DNA of 64,000 nt from Tubulanus polymorphus (lineage: Eukaryota; Animalia; Nemertea), in assembly GCF_964204645.1 (NCBI RefSeq), contig NC_134031.1:17843807-17907806 (forward strand), written 5' to 3'. The number at the start of each line of letters is the position of its first letter. Position 1 is the stretch's first letter. This document shows, in pieces, positions 1 through 11,864 of this stretch. The notes beneath the pieces are model-generated. The model worked only from the letters and a program-made list of their open reading frames with translations. It was not told the DNA's origin and searched no databases. A program made the translations under genes and the position numbers.

Positions 1-212
1 ATGAAATTCATTTTTGACCTGAAATAATACGATCTGCTTTATATAGTATATAGTAAACCATACCTAACACGGACAAACTGGCACCGGCAAAATTGGTCCG
101 AGACAAGGATATGAAAATACATTAAGAAGTCAGAAACATGAATTTGTTTTTATCTGAGTTGGTCGAGGTTTAGTGTAATATTACTAATATCAAAAATTCA
201 TAAAGACTATGG

Positions 213-313
213 ACTCAGTTCCACAGTTGGGAGTTAGACTTAACTCTGAGTTAAACATAGTTCATTTTCATTAAGTTAAACTCGGATTAAAATCTTAACT
301 CCTGTGGAACTGG
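213..313. mobile_element. Short palindromic MITE-like element; a related copy lies at 36388-36478
   Basis: Ends cagttccacag...ctgtggaactg are inverted repeats. The internal 'tagttcattttca' is shared with the 36388-36478 copy. Confidence 0.6.
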
Positions 314-1594
314 ACAACTGAATTTTTGCTAATATGTATGCCAGATGGGAATCTCACAGGTGATGGTTTGACAAACTGTCGGTCTGTTTACTAATAAATG
401 ATTTATCGGATATATCCCACGGCTTGTACTGCTATATTTGCGGCAGATTTATCAATATGAGAAGTATGGGTTGAATTTTATAAGAGGTTAGGATGCCTTT
501 TAAGCAGAGAAAGTTCCTTCTCAGGGCCATTGTAGTTATCAGAAAATTAACCTTCTTTGTATAACTTAAAACATACCCTTTTTTGGTTCTTGGGCTTCAG
601 TGAGCCTTACCTTATGTGCCTTATTCTTGTACTGTACTGTCTCGGTCTGTGCATAGACATACTAGTTTATGTGTCCATGGTCTGTGTGTTTGTCTTTCAG
701 CTCCTCAGCTCCGTTAATAGCGGGTCGATCTTGATGAAACATGGGTACAATGTTAGTATGGTGGTCTAGTTGTGCAGTGCGAAAGATGGGCCGAGTGTGC
801 CACCTAGCGGCATAACTAGGCACTAAAAACATTGTTTTTTTTCAGCAACATAACCTGGAATAGACCTCATAACTGAGGATCAGGGATGAAAAGTCAAAAG
901 ATGAAATTTAGCTATTGGCCCTTGATACGACATTTCCAAAATGCAGTGGGAACTAACACATGGTAACGTTCGGAGTTCAAGTCTTAGCTCGAGAACCGTT
1001 GTCGCCTCTGTCCATACTCTTATTCCATCTTCAGTAGACTGCCATGTGGTAAATTTTGTTTCCAATCAAAATCATGTTTCCAATCAGACCAGTAAATATA
1101 CACATACACTTGTCTGCGATGTCATACATACCGGTGCCGGTTAAACTTTCGTCTCGTCACAAAGCTCGATGTCAGTCGAATGCGGACAAGATTTATGATA
1201 CATCGATTGTATAATATCGTCATCGTCGCAGTTTTAACAGCCATAAATCATTCGTTTAATCTCACCTTCAACTGTGTCGAATTCTACGCCGTTCGAAGTG
1301 TCACTTGGGAACGTTGCGACAACCGCCCTTGCGCCCGCGTCTCCCGAGACAGTTATTGAAACGAATTTCGAAATTGTTTGCAACGCAATTTACAATTTGT
1401 CGTCGCTTTTTATCGGTTATTATGAAATTAAGGCTTATCGGTTGTAATTCATTCGAGGTTTTATTTTGACAGCAACGTCAGTTCGTATCGATAATGGTCT
1501 TATTATAAAGCGAAATTGATAAAAACATTGATACCGCACGCTCAACGCGATATCGGTAGCAATTCGATTATCAAACATTGTTTGTTTCAACAGA

Positions 1595-2048
1595 TTTCTC
1601 CATGTTTTCGAACAGCCTTTCTCCATGTTTTCGAACAGCCTTTCTCCATGTTTTCGAACAGCCTTTCTCCATGTTTTCGAACAGCCTTTCTCCATGTTTT
1701 CGAACAGCCTTTCTCCATGTTTTCGAACAGCCTTTCTCCATGTTTTCGAACAGCCTTTCTCCATGTTTTCGAACAGCCTTTCTCCATGTTTTCGAACAGC
1801 CTTTCTCCATGTTTTCGAACAGCCTTTCTCCATGTTTTCGAACAGCCTTTCTCCATGTTTTCGAACAGCCTTTCTCCATGTTTTCGAACAGCCTTTCTCC
1901 ATGTTTTCGAACAGCCTTTCTCCATGTTTTCGAACAGCCTTTCTCCATGTTTTCGAACAGCCTTTCCCCATGTTTTCGAACAGCCTTTCTCCATGTTTTC
2001 GAACAGCCTTTCTCCATGTTTTCGAAAAGCCTTTCTCCATGTTTTCGA
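1595..2048. repeat. 23-bp minisatellite, about 20 near-identical copies
   Basis: Unit CCTTTCTCCATGTTTTCGAACAG read directly, with only two single-base variants. It has no stop codon in any frame, which explains the six overlapping ORFs in the track. Confidence 0.97.
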
Positions 2049-2987
2049 CCAGCAGTTTTGGACGCGGCCAAATCAGGAGCCTAAAAATATAGTTCGAAAT
2101 TGATCGAAAATGAACCAATTTTTACAATGTAAGGAAGTAGGAATTTATTTACATTCCAACCATTTCCGTTGTATATGGCGGGAGGATATAGAATATATAT
2201 GTATACAATATTTACAAAACTGTGTAAACAATATTTACAGAACTTTTCTTATTGAAATATAATGAAGTTATTTATTTATTGGTCATACACTAACTTACAA
2301 TATACTAACTATTGGAGGGATCTACATATGTCTAAGACTGAGTGCTTGTCACGCCATCTGGTGGCATAGCTGGTGTTGCAGCTATGATGATACTGACGAA
2401 TTAAAAGTTCAATACCGTAACTAAAGGGTTACTCGGTATAGCCATCGGGCGAGTTTCATGATTTAAGCGATTTAAGATTTCTAACTATACGTCGATGTTT
2501 TCGTTTGATTATGACGGCGATCGGGTGTCGATCGAAATACGACGCGATTCGTGATTTGAAAAACAATTTGCGGCGAAATCGGTCGCCGACGTCGGATGAT
2601 TGTGGATTTTCTAGCTCGCTTAACTAGACACTATCATTTAATGCCGGAATACCGAAATGGAGCGCTGTTGCGCCGATGAGATCTATCAATTCCGCCATGC
2701 GCGCCGGTTAATCCCATGTCATAAATTCACTAGTAGTTCGTCGTAGATTTGACATTATCACTGGTGTATATCGTAGATTATGATTGAAGACTCGCTAGGT
2801 TCGATCTGGCAGCCATTAATTCAGCCAGTTGACTTGTTGATCGCCTGAGTTTTTACGCAATTAACTGCGATACCCGTATTTTATTTACATTTAAGCCTGA
2901 TAATTATTGCCTCGAGGGGAGTTGTTCAATCAGGAGGATTTAGACTTTGCTATTTTGTAGTTAAGTTATTATTTAACGCATCCAGAG

Positions 2988-3275
2988 TTAACCCTTTCGG
3001 TGCATCTACACCACAATGCGGTGTATAATTGGTGATGGACTTTGCTAGTACACCGCACCATGATGTATTGATATTATTAGTAATTAGTTTTTATCTAATA
3101 AAAGATGGCAGTACCTGTCGAACATAGTGAAATACAATTAACTAACAATACTCCGCACCATGGTGCAGATTCACTATAGCGGTATGTCCGTTGTTCAACA
3201 CACTGGGGTGGAATTTTTTTCTTCAATTTGCAAATTATCTCAAACACTATCGAGCTCTAATTAGTGCTGAAAGAG
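2988..3275 (+). mobile_element. Non-autonomous piggyBac-like element, copy 1
   Basis: Starts TTAA|CCCTTTCGGTGC and ends in a degraded GCTGAAAGAG. The body is shared with copies at 4059, ~5680-5937 and ~45677-45893. Confidence 0.7.
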
Positions 3276-4058
3276 CACTAAAATAGTTTAGGGAGTGGAA
3301 TAGTTAGAAAAACGGTGAACAGTCGTAAGATCAAAGATCAAATACCGTAACCATTTTTTCGATCATGGAATCTTTCCTCATCAAATGACATTTGGGAATG
3401 CAACATCTGGTCGCTCTTGATCTCAGTTCACAGGGTTTGATGGCTCGAAGCAAATTAGTTTGAAAATTACTCAGTGTTTTTCAAATTCGGAGAAATCGAG
3501 TGATTAGAAAGGCGCATCAGTTCATTCAGCTCAATACAACATGATGATAAGTTATGTATGAATTTGAATAGAACTCGATATTAAACTGGGAATTGTCGAA
3601 GTCGTAGAATCAATTCCCTTCAATGACGTTTTCTTCAGAAGTCTATCTCCGTCCTTGTGTAGATGATGACGGCGTGAAAACTTAAGTTTCGATTATTTCG
3701 AAAGGCGTGGCAGCTTTTTCAACGAGTGTCTTTGTTCTAAGTACGCTCAAACGTGAATTGTGTGAGAGCTTTTCTAATGATTTTTTCCATTCGATGAAAA
3801 AAGAAAGCGGATAATTCTCTGGAATTTATTTCTCTCTATATATACCAGTATGAACATGGCGCATTCATCCGTCTGCCCACAAACATGGGAGCTGATTTCT
3901 GCTGTGAACTAATGGCATGCAATTTCCGTTTGATTGCCTGTGCCAAATAAGACCTAATAGATCAAAATGGTAGCAGATAATTGTCTTATCAAGACATTTT
4001 GCTCTGAATCATTGGTTTTGTCACGATGTTTGGTCAAAACTGGATTCTGCTTCAGCGT

Positions 4059-4376
4059 TTAACCCTTTCAGTGCATCTACACCACGGTGCGGTGTATTAA
4101 TTGATGATGGACTTTGCCACCACAGTTGTAGTTTATAAGTGCTATTAGTAATTAGTTTTTATCTATATTGAAAGATGGCAGCACCTATCAAACAATGTTA
4201 AATATTGATAACTAACAATACACCGCACCATGGTGTAGACGCATTACAGTGGAACCTCGTTATACCGAACTTCAAGGGACCAGAAAGCGGTATGCTTTGT
4301 TAATGAGCACACGGGGGTAGAATTATTTCAAATTTTCTCCAGCGCTTGAGGGTATTATTTAGTCTGAAAGGGTTGA
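4059..4376 (+). mobile_element. Non-autonomous piggyBac-like element, copy 2, with a nested Tc1/pogo-like end fragment at ~4245-4284
   Basis: TTAA|CCCTTTCAG ... CTGAAAGGG|TTGA. The insert TA|CAGTGGAACCTCGTTATACCGAAC is absent from the other copies. Confidence 0.75.
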
Positions 4377-4578
4377 TATGTCACCTACTACACAATAGCT
4401 CATGCAGTCTCGGGTTCAAGAAAAAAAGGAGGAATTTAATAAGGAAGATGCTAGCCTGCTAGCCTGAAGATGACAGTTGAAGTTTAATTTCCTCCACTGT
4501 TCAATTTGCTTACGTTCTGCCGCCAGTATTTGCCGAGGCAATTCAAGTGTCAAACGCGATGTTGATCAAGTCGATATT

Positions 4579-4675
<97 letters not shown>
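4579..4675. repeat. (TA)n microsatellite
   Basis: About 95 bp of near-pure TA. Confidence 0.98.
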
Positions 4676-4677
<2 letters not shown>

Positions 4678-5392
4678 AACTGCGACTAGTTTTGTTTCGG
4701 GAAATGCAGTGCAAAATATTTTTATACACTACAATTGAGAGCACGAAAGAAGAATAGCGTTGTTTTGATGCGATAAAAAATATATTGAATTCCAATCAAC
4801 AGAAATTTATGGAGCTCAAACGTAAATGCATAGAAATAAGACGCGTCATCGACTGGCTTTTGATCTGTCTGATCAGAGTTTGTGTTCGCAAGTCATACAA
4901 CGCTGATATAAACAAACAGCAGTCTTTGTTGACAAATTAGATCCAGTTTCAGCTGAAATAGAGGAGAGATTTCAGAAAGATACATGAAAAATGTCCGTAC
5001 AAGGGCGGATTTAGGGGGCGGACCGGGTGATCCACCCCCTTTGAAATTCGAATGCGCCCTCTAAAAAGTCTGGAAACTTTTGTGCAAAGAAAATTCTAGA
5101 AGGAAAAATAGATTAATCCAAATGGGTCGTGATTAGGGCCAGAAAAGCCCCTTCTTGGTCCTAGATTTTCTGTCGTAGGGCCACCAGAAGACCACACTAA
5201 TTTTTGTGCTTGCAGCCCTGACGTTGCCGAATCAGCTGTTTTCAAATTAAGTGCCCATTGCAATTTTCAGGTCGACCTCCTTCGAAGAATCGTAGGTCCG
5301 CCCTTGCTGTTTAGGGTAAATCATTAACAATTGATTCATTTCTCGATATTTGTTGAAATATTTTTCAAAGTACGAATGAGTTTACTATGAAC

Positions 5393-7372
5393 TTACTCAT
5401 CATCTTCAATCTCGTAGTCGTCGGCGTTCCAAGTCGGATCATTTTTCAGATCATCAACGTACTCTGAATCTTCGTCTTCCTCTTCGTCGCTGTATTCTGG
5501 TGGCGGTGGTTTTAGAATGTTACACTGTACACTGGCGTTCTTCGTCATTTGAAGTACTTGTACAAATTTGTGATCTCGACGCGGTTTCAGGTTGCACTGC
5601 GTGCCCCTTGATTTTCTAGCCTGAAAAATTAATGATCGTCTAATGAGACTGTTTGGTCCGGATCCGGCCCGAGTCAAATTTGGAAGATAATTTGAATATT
5701 TTGAAAAATTCCACCCTTGTGTGTTGAATAACGGGAATACCGCTATAGTGCGTCTACACCACGGCGCGGTGTATCGTTAGTTACTAGTATTTCACTATGT
5801 TTGACAGGTGCTGCCATCTTTCAATAGAGATAAAAACTAATTACTAATTACATCAATACACTGCAGTGCGGTGTACTAGCAAAATCCATCACCGATTTAT
5901 ACACTGCACTGCGGTGTAGACACACTGAAAGGGTTAAGTATAGTTCAATTAGTTCATTTCCTTTAGTAAAATACTAACCAAGTACAAGTACTGGTTATCA
6001 CTCCAAACAATGGAATTATTTGTTAGATTTTATATGATTAGGAATCAATGATTTTGTTTCGAAAAGTGACTTACGATGTAAATCTGAGTGGACTGTGTAC
6101 GATATGGCAGGGATCCATCGGACGCGAATGATTGCAGAGACGTCGATGTCCATTTTGATTTCTTTTCCTGAAATGTATAATGATCGTTCTGAATCCGTGC
6201 TCTAATGAGGACTCCGTAGTCGACTGCGGCAATCGCGGATTCTACATGTCGCGAAGTGAAAATCCACCGGACTGCAACAGCGCATTATTTCGCGACAACG
6301 ATTCTGGATTTCTGTTCAGATTCAATTGAAATCTGTCCATAATTTCCTTAAATTCAACGAATGATGAACAAAAAACGACGAAATGAACCAGAAATGAACC
6401 AACCCGCGTTTATCTTCGCCACACTTGAGAACTATATAATAAGATTTCGCGTGAAATTCTGACAACACAGAAAACCTCGCGTAAAATCATCTAGTTCGAA
6501 AAAATCTACTTACGATGTTAACCTGGGTAGATTGTGTACGGAATTTCTTCGGCGGTTCTGATTGTGGCGTAAATGGAAAAAGGGATGATATCGACGCCTG
6601 TTGTATTGGAATCGTAGGAAAAATTATATCACACGCGATTGCACCTTGGTCCGCCGAGTCATGCCTCCGTCGTTTATGTGGGTTCGGGATTGTGTCGTTT
6701 GCTTCGTCGTCAAACTATAGAAGGAATACATAAGATTAAAAATACGTTAAGATGTATTTTTGATAAGATACTTGACAGGTGGCCTGACTTCATTCTCTGG
6801 GGCCAATTGAATCTTTTTGAATATAGACTTTAGTGGAAATATAGCATCGAAAATGAGATTCAAACCCAGTCAGGTAAACTGGAAGTTATTTAGGAACATT
6901 AGGAAGTCCTATAAGTGAGAGACATTCTCTTGTATTTTCACTCAGCAACGTATGACCTACTTTCTTCACTGATGAGTTTACACAGATCTGAGTAAAATGT
7001 AATGGTAAATAAAATTGAGCTTACTGATAATTCATCCGCTGTATCAGTCGAAGCATTGGAAGCTTGTTCTTCATGATTTTCTTTTTCCGCTGCTAATGAA
7101 AGTGTAGGTATTGCGTCCGCTTTTAAACGTCTTTTGGTGAAAAATCCTAACGATTCCGCGACGCTTTTGTCCTCGTAACAGTCCGTAGTGAAATGCGCCG
7201 AACAAAGTTGAGCGTATCTCGACGGTATCCATGTTGCCTCGCGTCCGCAACTTTTAATCCATATTTTCAGCAATTTCTCATCTTTCGGAAATTGATGTAA
7301 CGAAACTTTCGATCCCGTTTGACCACCACAGCTACGGTTTTGACACCCTGCTACTGAACAGCAGTTAACCAT
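5393..7372 (-). CDS. THAP-domain (C2CH zinc finger) protein, ~289 aa; exons 7372-7025, 6714-6514, 6167-6075, 5620-5393
   Basis: MVNCCSVAGC...LHQFPKD...W...LCSAHF...LKADAIPTL is the THAP signature. Three phase-0 GT-AG introns give a continuous ORF that ends in an acidic tail. No transposase domain was found. Confidence 0.85.
5680..5937 (-). mobile_element. Non-autonomous piggyBac-like element, copy 3, in THAP intron 3
   Basis: Ends CACTGAAAGGG|TTAA on the + strand. It is the reverse complement of the body of copies 1 and 2. Confidence 0.7.
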
Positions 7373-8290
7373 TTTAAAAATAAATAGTTATTAACCAACA
7401 ATTAAAGAGTTGACAAAGAAGTTTACAACATGGATTTTACTGAGTTATATCTATGTGTGCTATAACTGCCAGTAGCTAGCATTATTAGAGTATATAGGGC
7501 AAATACTATATGCTGTGTATGCTGTATAGGGTAATACATAGAAATCTATGATGTCAGCATTCAGTGTATTATCAGCACACCTAGTGGGTGTCTGCGAAAT
7601 CAATTTTCAGACAGCTCCTGTGGTGCATGCAGTTTACGTACTGTCAAATCATTTACGATTTATTCATTCATATTTACTTGGACATGAATTGATTGCTAAG
7701 TTTTCTGAAGGAAGAAGCATTTTGTTATTTAGAAGGTGTAACAATACGGCTATACAGAAATGTTGTTATTAGTTTAGGTAAAGATTAGAAGATTTAATAC
7801 TGAGCGGTGTCAAATGACCTTTAGCTCTTTTTTGATTACTGAGTATTCAAGAAAAAAAAATGAGAGGGCAAATAGAAAAGATACAAATAAAAAAAAATCT
7901 TTTATAATGGGCATTTCAAAATGGAAGGGAATAGAAAAAAATATGAAAATAAGATTTTTTTATGATTTTAGTATTTACTCGCATAAAACCTCAGAAGGAC
8001 TGCAGAAAAGAATAAAAAAAGATGTTAAAATTATGATGAATTTGATTAGATGATGGTAGAAATGAAAAATGCTAACTTTTTGCAAATTACTGGATTGAAA
8101 ATTAAGACAGGCATAACAACAAAAATAAAAAATTTGTCATTGAAAACTTGTGATGAGAACACAAAGGAGAAGTAAAAAAAGATTTATGTATTTTTATGTG
8201 ATGATTTTGCAGAATTCTGGGAGGTGGATCCATATTCCAAGTAATTAAAAAACGCCTTAAATGAATGTCTCTTTTTCTGCGTATTTTCAG

Positions 8291-10946
8291 GAGTTCCGAT
8301 AAGCACGCAGTGGGGCGCTCATGGTTACTTTTACCCAATTCAAATAGCTCAATACGGTCTCAGCCATTTCAGTAAAATGTTAAACGAAGCGGAGCCGAAA
8401 GTGAAGTTGCTCGAGGATGGAACGATGTCTGGCAAATGGAAATACGGCGATAGTTCAAGTTTAGACCCTGTTACTGACGATGCTGGTGCTACATTCCTTG
8501 AATTTGAAACGAAAGGTGATTTTCATGTTGCCAGTATTTCCTTGACGTTTGGTGCCGTACAAAGTCGAATCCAAGCCAAAGGATGATGGTGCATATAGTG
8601 TACATATCATAGGGACTATATCCGCAGGCCTAGTTTATTATGTCATGAAATTTGAAATCTTGTGGATTTGGCCCTTTTAGAGAAATTTGACCCCTCTCTC
8701 TTAGAAAATACTGGTGATGGCTGTGACGCATATTTCATGGTTTAATCCTTTCACTCCATGATAATTGTGCATGCCCTGTACCAGATGGCTTTAGTTTATT
8801 TTTGATGATTCATGTAAATGGTGATGCCTAGACAATGATATTATATCATGATAATGAAAGCATCCTTGCTTGCCAGAGTTTGATTGTCTTGCACCAACAC
8901 AAACCCTGACCGCAGCAGAAGGTGGTGTTATGGACCTATGCAGCCAGGGCTTTTGTTGGCATGAGGCAAACAAACCCTGGTTAGTGAGGATGCAATGAAG
9001 TAGACAGTCTTCGGCAAATCAGTAAACACATATGTACCATATAGTATTGTGCTGCACTGTTATAGTCTATCCCAGTGGTTATGATCGCGGTGCATCAAAC
9101 AGTTCATATCATCGCAGATCTGGAACCCTGTGGTGTCTATGTGCTCAACCCTACAAGTAACTGAGGTCAGGCAACTACTACATTCAAGAGTGAATAATAC
9201 TAAAGTTTTCCCATCCTGGTCATTCACTTCTCTTTATTCCTCTAGATTTGGTTTTTTCTTGTATATTCTCAAAGAGAATTACTTAAAATGTATTTAAGCA
9301 TGGAATTTCGTGGATTAATTTCTTATTTTGTGCGCTTTACAAAGCTAGACATGCGCAAATATGTTAACAAATGACTATTTGTGGATTTGATTATTATCTC
9401 ATGATTCGTACGTACTGTGTTGCTATTTTGCTTAAACACCGTCCAAATATAATGTTTCAACTTGAAAATTAGTTCTGACACGTTCTAATGTAAACATTGA
9501 CTTTGGTATCCTCGGAAAATATTCACTCTTGAATGCAACAAGACTTCAAAACTAATTTTTCCTTGCTAATTTCTTCATTTTCTTAGTGTAAGCTTCGAAA
9601 AGTTTTGCTCTTTATTCACTCTTGCCTGTTACTATAGTAACAAGCAGCTGGGGTCCAGGGAGTCAGGGATGCTCATGGTGAGTTTGACCACTTACAGCTG
9701 TCAGTATCAATTAAATTGTTGTTGATACTGGCTCTTTGAGAGTGGAAATGCCGCGATCATAACCACTGGGATAGACTATAGCGCACTTTAACTAGTCATA
9801 TACAGCAGACTGAAATATTGGTCTCAACGGTAAAAATAAGCAACCAGAAATTTCGGTCTCTATGGGTAGTGAACAGGTTGATAAATAGTGTTTATTATAT
9901 TTTTAGAATCGATGGGTAGTCCGGGGATCGTTCTCGACGCTGGCAATGTCGCCGATCTGTTCACCTTATCGATGGATGTCCGATTCGACAATAACGGCAG
10001 TATCACGGTGAAAGTCGAATCGCGAAACAACAACAACTATTTCATTCACTATTTGTGCACACGAACGCATATTCGCGTCGATCGAAACCACATTTACTAC
10101 GGCATCGGCTCGCGACGAAAACTCACTCACATATCGCGAGATTTGAAAATCGACTTGCAAAAAGGTCTACTGTTTCATAACAAGAACAACAAGAAAGACG
10201 CGAAGGCCATCAAACACACGTTGTCGCGCGTGGTCAGCATCTCCGTACGCGGTACCGGAATCGTCGATAATATATCGCTGCGATCGGTCGAGCACCTCGC
10301 GCATTTCTACGACGCGGCCGATTGGCTCGTGAATCACCAGGATAAACACGGCGGCTGGCCGGTGCCGGTCACGCGGAAACTAGCGAACGGGCGTCTGCAA
10401 TTGAAGCCCGGATGGTACAGCGCGATGGCGCAGGGCCAGGCGATGTCGTTGTTGGCGCGCGCGTATATACGCAGCGGTAAAAAGACGTACTTGAACACGG
10501 CATTACGCGCGACGAAACTGTTCGACATTCCCGGCAAGAGCAACGGCGTGCTGGCGAAATTCATGAACAAATACAGCTGGTACGAGGAATACCCGACGAC
10601 GCCGAGTTCGTTCGTGTTGAACGGCTTCATTTATTCGTTGATCGGTTTGTATGATCTCCGCTCGGTGGCGCCGACCGACGTATCGCACAGCGCCGATCGT
10701 CTATACACGGCCGGTATCGACTCGTTGCGCACGTTGTTACCGCTGTTCGACACGGGCTCCGGCTCGACGTACGACCTCAGACATTACACGCTCGGCATCG
10801 CTCCCAATATAGCGCGTTGGGACTACCACACAACGCACATCAATCAACTGTTATTATTGGCAACTGTTGAGAAAAATACAATATTTTCGAAAACGGCCGA
10901 GCGCTGGATAACATACATGAAAGGGTACCGGGCACCGCACAATTAG
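8291..10946 (+). CDS. GLCE: D-glucuronyl C5-epimerase, 5'-partial; exons 8291-8515 and 9907-10946
   Basis: Motifs GVPISTQWGAHGYFYPIQIAQYGLSH, WYSAMAQGQA, WYEEYPTTPSSFVLNGFIYSLIGLYDL, YDLRH, RWDYHTTHINQL and C-terminal GYRAPHN. The phase-1 intron is consistent. The N-terminal (TM) exons were not found in the window. Confidence 0.93.
9061..9780. mobile_element. 720-bp non-autonomous DNA transposon with perfect 30-bp terminal inverted repeats, in a GLCE intron
   Basis: TATAGTCTATCCCAGTGGTTATGATCGCGG (9061-9090) is the exact reverse complement of 9751-9780. Confidence 0.8.
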
Positions 10947-11864
10947 ATCTAATGGGGTACTGGCAACGCTACTGTCGCAAGCAAAATGGTGTATAGTACA
11001 CAAGTGTACAGTATGACGTCAATGCTGGATTTCCTCTCAACCTCATTTAAAATCTCATGATAATTTCTGAAATTCTATGCATGGTCTACGTTGAGTTTAT
11101 CTAGATTTGTCCCTAGATTTTTGGATTGGAAGTTAATTGAAAATGAACTAATTTTGATCGAGTTCGTCTAATATCTAAATAGCGCCATCTGACGGGATAA
11201 CTCGTGTGCTGGTACCCCATTATTGAAGAAATTATTTTGGCCCCGCGTTTTTTCAAAATGTTGAATTCATCTGGTTGTATCATTGAGATTTTTTAAATCC
11301 TGCGATCGATAATTGTTTTGATAACGAATTGTTTTATCGATGCACGTGTTTTAAATAAAGCATTCCGCTTACGTAGAACTCGTTTGTGCTGGGCACAAGA
11401 TAAACCTAGTGAAAGAGATAGAAATCTGAGTCTCACTCGAAAAAACCTTATTGAAATGTGATATAATCTACAACTGACAGTAGACATGTCCTACTGGATG
11501 GAAACATTCCTGTCCAACATGATGTTTATAGATTTGTTGTTTTTTTTCGCGAAATTCATTCCAGTTGCCAGTAATAACAGTTGAGCGGCAGAATAGAAAC
11601 GGTTTGCTTATTTGCTTTAATCGCCCAGTTTTTTCTGTAATTGACATAATAGCTCAAAAGTAATCCATAGATAGAAAATTGTGTGAAGGGATGCGAGTTT
11701 GGAGCGACTGCAGTTTAGGTGTCCCTTAACTTAACCATAACACTATTCTTCAATAGTCAACGCTAGCGCCACACAGTGGAGATGACCTAAACTGCAGTTA
11801 AACGGCGAGTTGTAGTTTGAATGATTATGTACTTCTTGAAATTCCCATTGGTCGGCATTCCTGG

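Noticed and set aside
1595-2048. CRISPR-like regular repeat
   Set aside because: Units are contiguous with no spacers, there are no cas genes, and the context is eukaryotic.
1435-2118. Six overlapping ORFs of 135-227 aa with a 23-aa repeat
   Set aside because: An artefact of a stop-free 23-bp tandem repeat; all three frames on each strand give the same peptide.
4477-4795. YIYIYI ORFs
   Set aside because: Translations of the (TA)n microsatellite.
5393-7372. THAP gene as an autonomous P-element-like transposon
   Set aside because: No transposase catalytic exons or flanking TIRs were found, and both possible 3' ends terminate after the acidic tract.
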